Of a stretch of DNA of 64,000 bases, positions 36,548 through 46,333 are shown one piece after another. Each line of letters begins with the position of its first letter. Within the stretch, counting starts at the first letter, position 1. The notes beneath the pieces are model-generated. The model had not been told where the DNA came from and searched no databases. It saw only the letters and a program-made list of their open reading frames with translations. The stretch is taken from positions 64,001-128,000 of the IMG/VR virus record IMGVR_UViG_3300020411_003715; one strand, given 5' to 3'. Position numbers and translations under genes: made by a program. The DNA is from a virus.

Positions 36548-36834
36548 ACGCACTAGAGAAGTACGCGGCGAAGCGAAAGCTGGCTGGCCACCTTGGCGCG
36601 GCTATGGGCATGAACGAAGACGCACATATGTTGTGCAAGATTCTTGACACCACTGCTGCGCAAGCGATTGCGCTTAAAAAGAAGATCGCCATGGGCAAGA
36701 GGCTTCCGTCCTGGGCGGAGTACAAGGTGTACAAGGCGGGGGACGCTATTAAGTCCGCATACTCTTCTACGTATTCGATGGCCGACCACGCACCAAAGAT
36801 AAGCATAATGATTGGTGGCCGTAGGCCTTATTAA
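36544..36834 (+). CDS. MNALEKYAA-leader protein 6
   Basis: ATGA overlap; cargo contains LPSWAEYKVYKAGDAI. Confidence 0.85.
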   Translation: MNALEKYAAKRKLAGHLGAAMGMNEDAHMLCKILDTTAAQAIALKKKIAMGKRLPSWAEYKVYKAGDAIKSAYSSTYSMADHAPKISIMIGGRRPY

Positions 36835-36850
36835 ACTTAAAGGAAAGGTT

Positions 36851-37318
36851 ATGAACGCACTAGAAAAATATGCAGCTAAGCGGAAGCTTACTGAAGAATT
36901 AACCAAGCGGGCAGCCCTTCTCCCAGGATTCGTTGCTGGAGGGAAGGCAGTGCTTCACGGGATCAAGGGCGCACTGGGTCGAGCCGGCGGGGCGGTTAAG
37001 CGTACTGGCAGGGCCGCGTGGCAGGGTGTTCAAAAGGCTGACAAGGCAGTAGAGCGCGGCCTCCAGCGCGTTCTGGACCGCACTCCTGGCACTAGCTCGA
37101 ATAAGGCGATGAAAGCCATCAAGGCAAATCAAGCTCAGGCTAAGGCCAAGTTCGTCAACATGAGAGCCGCTACCGGCAGGAGATTCACCGCTGCCAGTAA
37201 TGCGCGCAGGGGTGAGGGCATGCGAAACTTCGCCACTAACAAAGGGGTCCATAGTGTCTTAAAGAGAACTGGGCCATCCCCGGGCACCCGGCTACTGAAT
37301 AAGAAGATAGTTACATAA
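36851..37318 (+). CDS. MNALEKYAA-leader protein 7
   Basis: AAGGAAAGG RBS; MNALEKYAAKRKLTEELTKRA. Confidence 0.85.
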   Translation: MNALEKYAAKRKLTEELTKRAALLPGFVAGGKAVLHGIKGALGRAGGAVKRTGRAAWQGVQKADKAVERGLQRVLDRTPGTSSNKAMKAIKANQAQAKAKFVNMRAATGRRFTAASNARRGEGMRNFATNKGVHSVLKRTGPSPGTRLLNKKIVT

Positions 37319-37335
37319 TGTAGGGGGTTGCTGGG

Positions 37336-38310
37336 ATGGCGTACAACTATAGCAAGGGCGAACAAGCCAGCGGGGACATCAGGTCGGAGGACGACCCGGA
37401 CACCAAGGTTGACTTTGGGTCTGATCGTATAAATCTGGTTGTCGGTGGCTCTGCTAAATTAGCAACCTATTCTCAAGGCGTCCTTCTAGACGGCATGATG
37501 GGGATCGGGGAGGCAAACTCCATACCCACGCCCATCAGCAATTGTGGACAGGTGTTCGCCCTTGATGCTGGGGACAAGGACACTGCGTTGCTTTTTAAGT
37601 TCGAGGGATCTGAGGCCTACCTCACGGACTATAGCAAGTTCGCCACGAACGCTTGGCTCATGGGGTCTTCCGCGACCACGTCTACTTCGGTGTACAAGTG
37701 GGGATCTCGCTCACTAAGACTTCAGCAGAGCAACGCCTCTTATGGGGATTATGACCGTGTTAGCGTGCCGCACACCTACTTCAACCCCAGGTACGAGTCG
37801 TTTACTGTTGAGTGTTGGCTGTACGCAACATCGAACCCAGGCTCAGGAGATGTAGCGACTATAGCCACGCAAGCAAACGAAGACAGTAATTGGGCGTTTG
37901 TCTTGTCTTCTTCGGGAAGACTTGCCATCGGAATCGCCGGTGGATCGACATGGCTCGCCACGTCCGGGACGATTACCCTTAATCAGTGGTGCCACGTTGC
38001 CGCCGTACATGATATTAATTGGTCGAACAACACGTTTACAACGTCTATATACATAGACGGAACCCAGAGCGCGACATCTGCTGAGTCTGGGACGACATCT
38101 TACTGGTCAAGCACGGAGAATCCTTTGGTCATAGGGTACATGAATGATGGCTCTGACCACTCACCCCTTGAAGGGTACATAGATGATTTCCGGGTTAGCA
38201 CCACTGCGAGGTACAGCGGTTCCTCGTTTTCGGTACCGACCAGCTCCTTAGGGGGGACGACCGCTATGTTTGCGCAATCTGCCAACGGGGAGATGCGGAG
38301 AATTAGTTAA
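37336..38310 (+). CDS. LamG/concanavalin-A-like lectin domain virion protein
   Basis: FTVECWLY, QWCHVAAV, LVIG, GYIDDFRVSTTARY. Confidence 0.85.
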   Translation: MAYNYSKGEQASGDIRSEDDPDTKVDFGSDRINLVVGGSAKLATYSQGVLLDGMMGIGEANSIPTPISNCGQVFALDAGDKDTALLFKFEGSEAYLTDYSKFATNAWLMGSSATTSTSVYKWGSRSLRLQQSNASYGDYDRVSVPHTYFNPRYESFTVECWLYATSNPGSGDVATIATQANEDSNWAFVLSSSGRLAIGIAGGSTWLATSGTITLNQWCHVAAVHDINWSNNTFTTSIYIDGTQSATSAESGTTSYWSSTENPLVIGYMNDGSDHSPLEGYIDDFRVSTTARYSGSSFSVPTSSLGGTTAMFAQSANGEMRRIS

Positions 38311-38414
38311 CGTGGGCGTGCACAGATGAATTACCGCTTAATATCTGAGGTACCTCATCTGGCACGTACGACATATAATACTTTTAGGCTTTTTGGATAG
38401 AGTGAGGACTAAAA

Positions 38415-39053
38415 ATGAATTTATTAGACAAGACCATATGGGGGACGCTCCTTGAGAAGGTCGCCAATACTGTTGCCGAAGGAACCGTTGGCTCTTCGAT
38501 GAAGCCTGCGGCCGTCCAACAAGCTTCGCCCACGCCTGGGCCTGCCCCAAACCCGCAAGCTTCGCCCACGCCTCTGGTCAGACCCAATCCACAAGCCTCA
38601 CCCACACCTGGGACCGGGAGCGGCCCGAGTATACCGGGACTCAAAGACCCAAAAGCATACTTAGATGCCATGAGAAAGCTTAAGAGCCAGCACAACACGG
38701 CAACCCCAGAGGGGCAGCAGGCATACCAAGCGGCTTGGAAGAGAACCCAGAAAGCCTTTGGCCTTTCCACAAACCCACAAGAGTTTGGTGCAGGTTTGGT
38801 GCAGCAGAGTCCTGATCTAGCAAAACGATTAGAGCAGTCAAAGGGAGGAGCAGAGTGGAGCAAAAACAATCCCTTCCTAAAAGCTAAAGGAAACCAGCAA
38901 GGGGGGAGTAGCGCTTCTACATCTGGCAACCCCATGACCGTGGCGAGACCCCTAAGGAAAACCGCTCCAACGGCCAATCCAGCAGCGGGCTTTAAACCAC
39001 CTAAGCTTAAGCTACCTAAGTTGCCTAGTGTAACTAACCTTCAGCCTAAATAA
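38415..39053 (+). CDS. KxA-motif protein, Pro/Gln-rich
   Basis: MNLLDK...LLEKVA leader variant. Confidence 0.8.
   Translation: MNLLDKTIWGTLLEKVANTVAEGTVGSSMKPAAVQQASPTPGPAPNPQASPTPLVRPNPQASPTPGTGSGPSIPGLKDPKAYLDAMRKLKSQHNTATPEGQQAYQAAWKRTQKAFGLSTNPQEFGAGLVQQSPDLAKRLEQSKGGAEWSKNNPFLKAKGNQQGGSSASTSGNPMTVARPLRKTAPTANPAAGFKPPKLKLPKLPSVTNLQPK
38520..38612 (+). repeat. 36-nt / 12-aa tandem repeat (QASPTP...PNP) x2.5
   Basis: caagc(t/c)tc(g/a)cccac recurs three times with a 36-nt period. Confidence 0.8.
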
Positions 39054-39069
39054 GGGGTTTGGCTGAACA

Positions 39070-39603
39070 ATGCCTTCTAAAGAGCAAATACATCGGCTTG
39101 CCGATAAGCTAAACATACCCTGGGACAATGACCCCTCTTTCAAGTCATGGTCCAAGAGGGTCACTGGGAAAGCGCATCTTGACAACATGACTCCCGAAGA
39201 GCTTAGCAGGCTGAAGAAAGCCCTAGCCAAGAGAAGGGCGAAGAAGAAGCTAGCATCGGCTTTTTCCGAGAGTTTGTACAAGGAGGCATCACTCCTTGCA
39301 AAAGCGTTGGCGTTCGTTAAAAAGCTTAAGTCTGCTCCCAAAAAGGTGAAGAGCTTTGCTGGAGGATTACCTAAAGATGAGCTTGCTGTGTTCAATATCG
39401 GGCTTGCCTCACCCCTTCCCGGAGGAAGTATTGCGGGATGGGGAGCGTATAAGGGTGCGAAAGAGGGGATTAAGGCGCTTAAGGACGGTCTCCCATTTTC
39501 AGCCTACAGAAAGTTGAACAAGGCTGTAGCGAAGAGCGATAGAATTAATTTTACCAAAAAGGGTGGCCTTCTTCCGTTGTACCTAGGGATGGGCCGGCAC
39601 TAA
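39070..39603 (+). CDS. KxA-motif basic protein
   Basis: Internal KKLA and YKEA, followed by amphipathic SLLAKALAFVKKL. Confidence 0.8.
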   Translation: MPSKEQIHRLADKLNIPWDNDPSFKSWSKRVTGKAHLDNMTPEELSRLKKALAKRRAKKKLASAFSESLYKEASLLAKALAFVKKLKSAPKKVKSFAGGLPKDELAVFNIGLASPLPGGSIAGWGAYKGAKEGIKALKDGLPFSAYRKLNKAVAKSDRINFTKKGGLLPLYLGMGRH

Positions 39604-39700
39604 CTTGCTCGACAAGTGGAATGGTGAATGTATAATTCACACCCCTGTTGTAATAATGCTATTAGGGGTTAATACTTTAACTGATAATTGGAGGTCTAGA

Positions 39701-39811
39701 ATGAATGAGTATATGTGGGGAGTTGTTACCGGATCTGTTGTAACACCCTTCGCCTGGGTTTGTTTAAAATGGTGTATGGCCAAGCTTAAAGCGGTTCTTG
39801 CTAAGAACTAA
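39701..39811 (+). CDS. Small membrane peptide (36 aa)
   Basis: GGAGG RBS before ATG 39701. Confidence 0.6.
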   Translation: MNEYMWGVVTGSVVTPFAWVCLKWCMAKLKAVLAKN

Positions 39812-39821
39812 GGAGAATAGA

Positions 39822-40001
39822 ATGACACTTCAGATGGCCGTTCAGGCTTTATCGACAAAACTTGGCAGCGCCCTTGAGGACATTGCCAAGTTTGAGGACA
39901 AGGGTAATGACGCTGCTGCTCGAAGAGCGCGTAAAAGCCTTCAAGAGATTGCTGTAGCATGCAAAGAGCTTCGGGCAGCGATTCAGGAAAAGCGTAAGTA
40001 G
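39822..40001 (+). CDS. Histone H1-like (Hc1-family-like) small DNA-binding protein
   Basis: KFEDKGNDAAARRARKSLQEIAVACKELR matches the KGNKAAGTRARK motif; AAGGAG RBS. Confidence 0.75.
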   Translation: MTLQMAVQALSTKLGSALEDIAKFEDKGNDAAARRARKSLQEIAVACKELRAAIQEKRK

Positions 40002-40075
40002 TTTTGGCTAAGTGGGGACATGGGTTTATTTATTCATAGGATTCAAGCCGCACATGGCCTAGGGAGATATAAGGT

Positions 40076-43000
40076 ATGAGTTGCAATCGCCCTACGGGCC
40101 CATATGATTCTGGGACAAATGCCGGATTTCAGACGTTCACCGCCGAGGTGAACACCGCTACAAATCCGTCTACCGACGTTAAGGTGTCCTGGATTTGGTA
40201 TCCTGATGGATTCGAGACCCATAACGAGAGCACGCCGCCCGCCACACCAACAGCCTGTCACATATCCCATGTAAAGGTTTACAGGGATGGCGTTGAGGTT
40301 TCTTCTGGTGATGGCGTCGCGGTCAACCGCAATGATGACCACCAGGGCGTGCCTGACATGTATGATGTCGGGGAGTTTTTCGACACAGGCCTTACCCCAG
40401 GAACCACTTATAGCTACACAATAACCGCTTACATTTACGACTCCAGCCCCGCGCAAGAGTCCTTGCCCACAAGCGCAGTGACGGTAACGACCGCGTCGAC
40501 CTCAAATCAGCAGTCGAACAACGCACCGGTGGCCAGTGACAGTTCTGAGACGGTTGTGGAAAACGGTACGCTGACCGCAACAGCCGTTGCTACAGACGCT
40601 GATGGTGATGCGCTTACTTACTCTATAGCCACAAACCCTGCGAACGGAACGGTCTCTATAAATACGTCAACGGGCGCGTATACATATGTGCCTACTGCGA
40701 ACTATATTGGTTCGGACACTTTTTCCTTCTTTGTGACTGATGGCGTTGCGAGCGATTCAGGGACCGTAAGCATCACGGTCTCTAGAGCGGTTCCAAACCC
40801 TTGGTACATCTCTGTAACGGATGCCGTAACATCCCCATGGGTAGAGGGGAAACTTGTTTGGGCAGAGACAGTTTCGAACTCTGTAGACCTTGAGGGGTTC
40901 AAGCTTTACCAGCGGGTGTCTGGCGCAAGCAGTTGGACCTTGATCTCAGACGTTTCCGTAGGCCTCGGCAATACCCCGACAGCACAACAAACAGAACACA
41001 TTGCGACAGGCCTTACGGCGTCCACGTCCTATGAGTTTTATGTTGTTGCCTACAACAGCAGCGGAAACTCTACAAATTCTAACACGGCGTATTACACGAC
41101 AGTCGCTACCCCGACAGGGATGCAGACTATTGATGTAGACGAGCAAGGGGAGACTGGGGTCATATCAGTCACCGGTGTTTTCTATGACGGGTGGGGATGG
41201 ACTGAGACAGATCCAGGAAGCCAAACCGACGTAACGCAGTGGCCTAACGTTAATATGATCTCGAACAACAGCATGAGTGCAACTAGCACTTTTGCAGCGG
41301 GGGCGCATACAATCTATGCCGCAGCGAAGGGATGGGCAACGCCCTCCCTCACGCACCAGATCTCGTTTAACACCTATAATGGGATACAGACCACCCCCGT
41401 AGTGACCGTGTCACAAGACACGAATACACTTAATGTCTCTGTACCGCACTCTGGCTCGTATGATTGGCAAGACCTTTATTACCGAGTCGACGTTACCGGA
41501 TGGAGCGGATCTCCAGGAACACTCCTCTCTGGAACAGGGTGGGTAGCCGCTAACCAAGACGCGTCCGGAAACTTCTCAGTGGACATCACCGGGCTCAACC
41601 CAAGCTCATCCATTGGCGACCACTTCATCGAAGTGCTCGGAGCCTATACAGAGAACGGCCAACCAGAACAGGCGGGCAGCGTTGTAAGCGCTACGTTCAC
41701 AAAATGGGCAGGGATCCAAGACATCCAGGTGACCGTAAACGGGGATGATGGAACACCCAACAACGTAACAATAGTCGTTCAGGGCCTTAGCCCGGATACT
41801 CCGCATGGGTGGAGATTTTCATTCACAGGGCCCCCTGAGGATGGAAACGGAAGTCCACTAACTGACCTATCTAGCTGGGGAGAGTTCGTTCCCGGAGAGG
41901 TTGTGTACACAAACCCAAACACAACCCACAATACGATGATAAAGCGTGCGGGCACGTATGATGTTTGGGCACAAGCATGTTGGGATGATGGAACCCCAGT
42001 TGTCGCCAACCCGCTCGTGGCAGGGAAGGGTTACGTTCAGTACGGACCTTTCACTGTGGCACAGCACGCATACACAGGCTTGACCGAACTGGACGTACAT
42101 CTGCTGGGTGACAACAGAATTAGACTTCATGCTCGTGGGCACGAAGACACTGCTTATGACCACTGGCGATACTCAATAAACAATATGTTTAGTGGGAGCG
42201 CGCCCGGTGACTCTATTAGCGGGGAAGGCGTCTCTGTTCCTGACGGGGATACCGTCGAGGTCGATCTCACAGAAGACCAGCTAGAGACAGGAAGAGTTAT
42301 TATTTACGCTGCGGGCGTTGATACCAATGACCTTCTCATAAGTGCGGCTAGTGGCTCACAACCAGTGCTTGTACGCGTGGTTGAGGTACCAGAAGCACCT
42401 GGGACTGTGGTCACCCTAGATACCTCGTACGACCCATCCAGTATTGAGGTCAGCCCTCATTTCTTCCAGCCAGCTGTGGCCGAACGGATCAGCGAAGATG
42501 CTATCAGGGTAACCAGTGCAGACCTTGCTACCGCGTTAGGTTTTACAACTCAAGCCACATTGGATCAGTTTATTCCGGCGTACGAGGATTCTCTAGCTTT
42601 GCTAGAAAGTCTTTCTGTGGCACCCCCGAACTTTGGTTCGGCTGATTTCAGTGCAATGGTGACGGATAACTTCCTAACCATCGACAACGGGATTCTGTCG
42701 GACACAACCGCAGCAAGTGGTGGGGGCATTATGAAGCTCGTCGATGAGCTTGACACTCCCAGAGCAGTGCTTTCTTGGAGAATTTCAAAACTCGCAAGGG
42801 AGGGGTCCATCACCAATGAGCGCGCACAGGAACTTCTATTCGGAAGCACTTTTGAAACCCCGCACACCCTTGAGACGACAGACGCAAACAACAATCCTGT
42901 CGAAGCACAGACAACCTCTGTTACACGAAGGTTTCTCTCCGTAGGCGACACAAACCCCACAGTGACGCACGGCGCTTCTGATGGGATTGCGTATTCGACC

Positions 43001-43645
43001 CAAGAGAGCATAGAGGCTATGCCGGCTACGACGAGGTATAACAAAACGGAGGAGTGGCTTTATACCAATGGGTACTACCAAACGCATTTTAAGCGTGATG
43101 GTACGGCTCGCACTTGGGCAGAGACGCAACAAGAGTCTCGAAAAGGGTTCACTAACGTAAGGGGGCTTGGCTTTTATAACAATGCCAATTTGCGTGACTT
43201 TATCAACGACGACCCCATGCTTGCGGGAATCACAGAGGCATCCGGAGTATATGTGTCGAGCTACGCCACCTCAGAAGAATCGGGGCTAAGCTCAGCCTTA
43301 CCGGATCCAGGCTATGTGCCTGGGGCGCTAAATGTGCACCCGTATTCCTTGATTCTTATAGATGCTACGATATCCCCAAAAGGGGTTGTGGGGTCGAACG
43401 ACCCGTTGGGATGGAGTGAATACCTCAACTATTTTTCGTGGATGGAGACCGACGCCAATGGCGCGGTGCTTCCAACCGCACAGCAAACGGCAGCGCTTCA
43501 AGCGTGCTTTGATGCCGAATGGACAACAGATCCTAATGTCTGGGGGACAGGACAACAAAGATCTGAGTACTTAGATGAGGTAGCAGAGATAGCTACCCTG
43601 CTCGGATTAACCATAAACATGTATGGGTACACCCCAACACCATAA
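40076..43645 (+). CDS. Large virion surface protein with Fn3 and cadherin-like/Ig domains (1189 aa)
   Basis: GLTPGTTYSYTITAY and GLTASTSYEFYVVAYN (Fn3); NNAPVASD...ATDADGDALTYSI...GSDTFSF (cadherin-like). Confidence 0.8.
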   Translation: MSCNRPTGPYDSGTNAGFQTFTAEVNTATNPSTDVKVSWIWYPDGFETHNESTPPATPTACHISHVKVYRDGVEVSSGDGVAVNRNDDHQGVPDMYDVGEFFDTGLTPGTTYSYTITAYIYDSSPAQESLPTSAVTVTTASTSNQQSNNAPVASDSSETVVENGTLTATAVATDADGDALTYSIATNPANGTVSINTSTGAYTYVPTANYIGSDTFSFFVTDGVASDSGTVSITVSRAVPNPWYISVTDAVTSPWVEGKLVWAETVSNSVDLEGFKLYQRVSGASSWTLISDVSVGLGNTPTAQQTEHIATGLTASTSYEFYVVAYNSSGNSTNSNTAYYTTVATPTGMQTIDVDEQGETGVISVTGVFYDGWGWTETDPGSQTDVTQWPNVNMISNNSMSATSTFAAGAHTIYAAAKGWATPSLTHQISFNTYNGIQTTPVVTVSQDTNTLNVSVPHSGSYDWQDLYYRVDVTGWSGSPGTLLSGTGWVAANQDASGNFSVDITGLNPSSSIGDHFIEVLGAYTENGQPEQAGSVVSATFTKWAGIQDIQVTVNGDDGTPNNVTIVVQGLSPDTPHGWRFSFTGPPEDGNGSPLTDLSSWGEFVPGEVVYTNPNTTHNTMIKRAGTYDVWAQACWDDGTPVVANPLVAGKGYVQYGPFTVAQHAYTGLTELDVHLLGDNRIRLHARGHEDTAYDHWRYSINNMFSGSAPGDSISGEGVSVPDGDTVEVDLTEDQLETGRVIIYAAGVDTNDLLISAASGSQPVLVRVVEVPEAPGTVVTLDTSYDPSSIEVSPHFFQPAVAERISEDAIRVTSADLATALGFTTQATLDQFIPAYEDSLALLESLSVAPPNFGSADFSAMVTDNFLTIDNGILSDTTAASGGGIMKLVDELDTPRAVLSWRISKLAREGSITNERAQELLFGSTFETPHTLETTDANNNPVEAQTTSVTRRFLSVGDTNPTVTHGASDGIAYSTQESIEAMPATTRYNKTEEWLYTNGYYQTHFKRDGTARTWAETQQESRKGFTNVRGLGFYNNANLRDFINDDPMLAGITEASGVYVSSYATSEESGLSSALPDPGYVPGALNVHPYSLILIDATISPKGVVGSNDPLGWSEYLNYFSWMETDANGAVLPTAQQTAALQACFDAEWTTDPNVWGTGQQRSEYLDEVAEIATLLGLTINMYGYTPTP

Positions 43646-43657
43646 GGAGCGCTGATA

Positions 43658-43990
43658 ATGAGACCACTTTTTACTATTTTACTTTTACTCGCCGTTATCC
43701 CTGACTTTGTTGGTTGTGCATCGGATGACTGCCACACCCAAGCAGATCAAGACGCCATGGAAGTGGCGGACGCACTTTCTGATGAAGATGTCGATGCACC
43801 AGACGGCTCTTGGCATGACCAGTACATCGCAGACAATTGCGCAAGATGCCCAGACTGCTGTGTTGATATCGGTGATGCTGACGCAGAAGCCGACGCAGAG
43901 GTTGATGCCGCTGGGGATGCCAATGATTCGGATGCTGGGGTTGATGCGGACGCCGGTGGACCAGATGCGGACGAGGAGGATGCCGAATGA
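43658..43990 (+). CDS. Putative lipoprotein with an Asp/Ala-rich tail
   Basis: Signal ending FVGC; CARCPDCC; DADAEADAEVDA low complexity. Confidence 0.7.
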   Translation: MRPLFTILLLLAVIPDFVGCASDDCHTQADQDAMEVADALSDEDVDAPDGSWHDQYIADNCARCPDCCVDIGDADAEADAEVDAAGDANDSDAGVDADAGGPDADEEDAE

Positions 43991-44373
43991 ACGCTCTAGA
44001 GAAACATGCCAAGAAAAAGGAAAAAGAGAAGGACGCATCAGCCACACTTCCTGCAGAGCAGCTTATCGGGATGCGAGAAGAGATGGAGGACATCTGGAGA
44101 GAAGAGGTTGAGAAGGTAGCGGTGAGCATCCAGAAGGCTTATGAGATTGACAACAAGTCTAAAAACCAGCTTCGGCAAGTGGCGCAGAAAGCCATGAGTA
44201 CCGACCCTTCTGACCCAAAGCTCCAAGCTATCGCCAATCATCCCAACGCTAAAAAAATGGCGGTAGCTGCTGAGAGACTAGGAAGAAAGATCATGTCCCA
44301 AAAAGGGGGCGTGCATAAGCAACTTGCTTCTGGGTACGGAGCCCTTCCGCCAGGAACAAAAGGAATGTCTTGA
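43987..44373 (+). CDS. MNALEK-leader protein 8
   Basis: MNALEKHAKKK...EEVEKVA; ATGA overlap. Confidence 0.8.
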   Translation: MNALEKHAKKKEKEKDASATLPAEQLIGMREEMEDIWREEVEKVAVSIQKAYEIDNKSKNQLRQVAQKAMSTDPSDPKLQAIANHPNAKKMAVAAERLGRKIMSQKGGVHKQLASGYGALPPGTKGMS

Positions 44374-44454
44374 TCGATATTGGCAGACTACTTCGTGTAG
44401 GGCCGCTTACACGATATTATCGTGTAATGGTTGGGGCCAAACACGGAGGATACT

Positions 44455-44595
44455 GTGGCAACAGTGTTGTTTTTATTGGCAGCGATTCTTTTTTTAACTG
44501 CGGAACAAAGGCTGATGGAATCAGAGCTAAAGAGGTCTCAAGAACGATTTCGAGACGAACTGCTCGGAGATAACCCAGACGACGATAGGAGTTAG
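44455..44595 (+). CDS. Small membrane-anchored protein (46 aa, not in track)
   Basis: GGAGG then GTG; MATVLFLLAAILFLTAEQRLMESE... Confidence 0.55.
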   Translation: MATVLFLLAAILFLTAEQRLMESELKRSQERFRDELLGDNPDDDRS

Positions 44596-44597
44596 CG

Positions 44598-46322
44598 ATG
44601 GGCAACAAGGTATGTCTTGTAGAGCCAGATCCCTTCTTAGCTGCAGGGAACACTGTTAGCTCGTTTATTCCTAACTTTGTTTCTGGTGATTTCGATGCGG
44701 AGAAGGCAAAACTAGAGAAGGCGGTGAGCGGGGGCTTCAACATGGCGGACATTCTCAATGTGTCCAGGCCCTTGAATGGTATCGCCGTAAAGCCGAACAC
44801 ACATGCGTTTGTTCAAGTAATTGATGCGAACCAAAGAGTCGTAAAGGTGTTCAACCAGCTTGGTTTCCCAGGAAGCACTGGGCAGTCGGGCGAGTACCTT
44901 GGGGGAAGCTACAACCCTAAAGACTTAATTGAGGCCGATGCCGGGGATGCAAAACTATCTCCCAGATCTGGGGCCGTAAAAGGAAAGGCTGGAAAGACCG
45001 CCAAGTGGCCCTGGGAAACATATAAACAGGGAGTTCCTGGAAACCCTGGCGCGGGAATGGATGACAAGGGAAACCCGGCCTCGCACGCGTGGACGGACTG
45101 GATCCTCCAGCAAGTCAGAGAAGTGCGGGTAGAAAAAACCCAGCTTGTTGAAACCTTTGGGGACAGCTACCTGTATGCCTTTGGTGAGAAGCCAAGAGTA
45201 CTCCAATTCAGTGGCCTCTTAATGAACACAGCGGACTATAACTGGCGGGCTGTGTTCTGGGAAAACTGGGATAACTTCTTCCGGGCGACTAAGCTGGTCC
45301 AGCGTAATGCTAGGATGTATATCGGGTGGGACGATATCCTCGTGGAAGGCTATCCGATCCAGGCAATGGCACAAGAGGCCTCAGACAGCCCCAACGCCCT
45401 CTCCTTCTCCTTCCAATTCTACGTAACAAGTTACAATAATATTTCTATGGCTAATCGGGTATCCGCCCTGCAGGCCAAGAAGCTTCACCGGATCTCAACA
45501 ACCAGATCGATGTGGTCTTCCCAGCCCGTAAAGCAAGCAGAGCTTGGCAACAAAGGCTGGTCCATCATGGACATGGCCCTAGGTAAAGGCGCAGCAGGAA
45601 ATTTTTTCGGTGCACTAAAGCCTGAAGTGTATAACAGTGCCACGGGTAAATGGGAGTATTACGATGTTGAATCTGGAACGTATAAAGACGCGGGATCTCC
45701 AAGCACAAACCCCTTCTCCAAATTGGGTGTTCGCTTAGCGAAGCGGGCTGCAGACATGCTGACAAAGCTACCATTCAAGTTGGCGACCGGAAGATCTGCG
45801 AACCTAACAGCGTTTGTCCAGGCCGGACTTGCCGGAATGGCACTGGATAGCTTTAAGACGGTTGGGGACGTTGCCGTAGAGGGGCTAGAGGATTTCATGG
45901 GTACCAAGCGTGGGGAGGTAAACGCTTGGTTCGGATACATTGGCTCTCTCGCAGACACCGCACTGAGCATCCACAACGGGCGTTGGGATGGGACCCCCAA
46001 TAGCGAGGTTGGGAGTTGGGGTGAGGATATGATGCGGGCCGGGAGCCTTGATGTTATTATCCAAAGGATGGCCTACGCAGCGGTAGGCAAAATAGGAGAC
46101 AGCACGGGCAGATACCGGGATGCCACTACCCTTGTTGAGATAACAGAGGGTAGCAATATGAAGTTTGGCGCGTACCCGGGAGCGGCTGTTGTCGTGAACA
46201 CCGGGGACACTGGGCCAGTTAGCTCCATGGACCTTTCCGCCCTAGGTGACTCCGAGACCTCCTCGGGGGGCCTTGAGGCAGGCGATGAGGTTAAAGAGTG
46301 GTTTGACGAGAACTTTGGGTAG
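44598..46322 (+). CDS. Tail tube-fold / baseplate hub-associated structural protein
   Basis: WILQQVREVRVEKTQLVETFGDSYLYAFGEKPRVLQFSGLL resembles tube/hub initiator folds; sits directly before the hub-like gene. Confidence 0.55.
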   Translation: MGNKVCLVEPDPFLAAGNTVSSFIPNFVSGDFDAEKAKLEKAVSGGFNMADILNVSRPLNGIAVKPNTHAFVQVIDANQRVVKVFNQLGFPGSTGQSGEYLGGSYNPKDLIEADAGDAKLSPRSGAVKGKAGKTAKWPWETYKQGVPGNPGAGMDDKGNPASHAWTDWILQQVREVRVEKTQLVETFGDSYLYAFGEKPRVLQFSGLLMNTADYNWRAVFWENWDNFFRATKLVQRNARMYIGWDDILVEGYPIQAMAQEASDSPNALSFSFQFYVTSYNNISMANRVSALQAKKLHRISTTRSMWSSQPVKQAELGNKGWSIMDMALGKGAAGNFFGALKPEVYNSATGKWEYYDVESGTYKDAGSPSTNPFSKLGVRLAKRAADMLTKLPFKLATGRSANLTAFVQAGLAGMALDSFKTVGDVAVEGLEDFMGTKRGEVNAWFGYIGSLADTALSIHNGRWDGTPNSEVGSWGEDMMRAGSLDVIIQRMAYAAVGKIGDSTGRYRDATTLVEITEGSNMKFGAYPGAAVVVNTGDTGPVSSMDLSALGDSETSSGGLEAGDEVKEWFDENFG

Positions 46323-46333
46323 GATTTATTTCT

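Noticed and set aside
34061-37318. RiPP precursor cluster as the explanation for the leader array
   Set aside because: No modifying enzyme, transporter or Cys/Ser-rich cores nearby, cargos are long, and the context is virion structural; kept only as an analogy.
34061-37318. Diversity-generating retroelement or DNA-repeat recombination cassette
   Set aside because: No reverse transcriptase or recombinase in the window; leader copies differ at synonymous positions of all bases, not only adenines.
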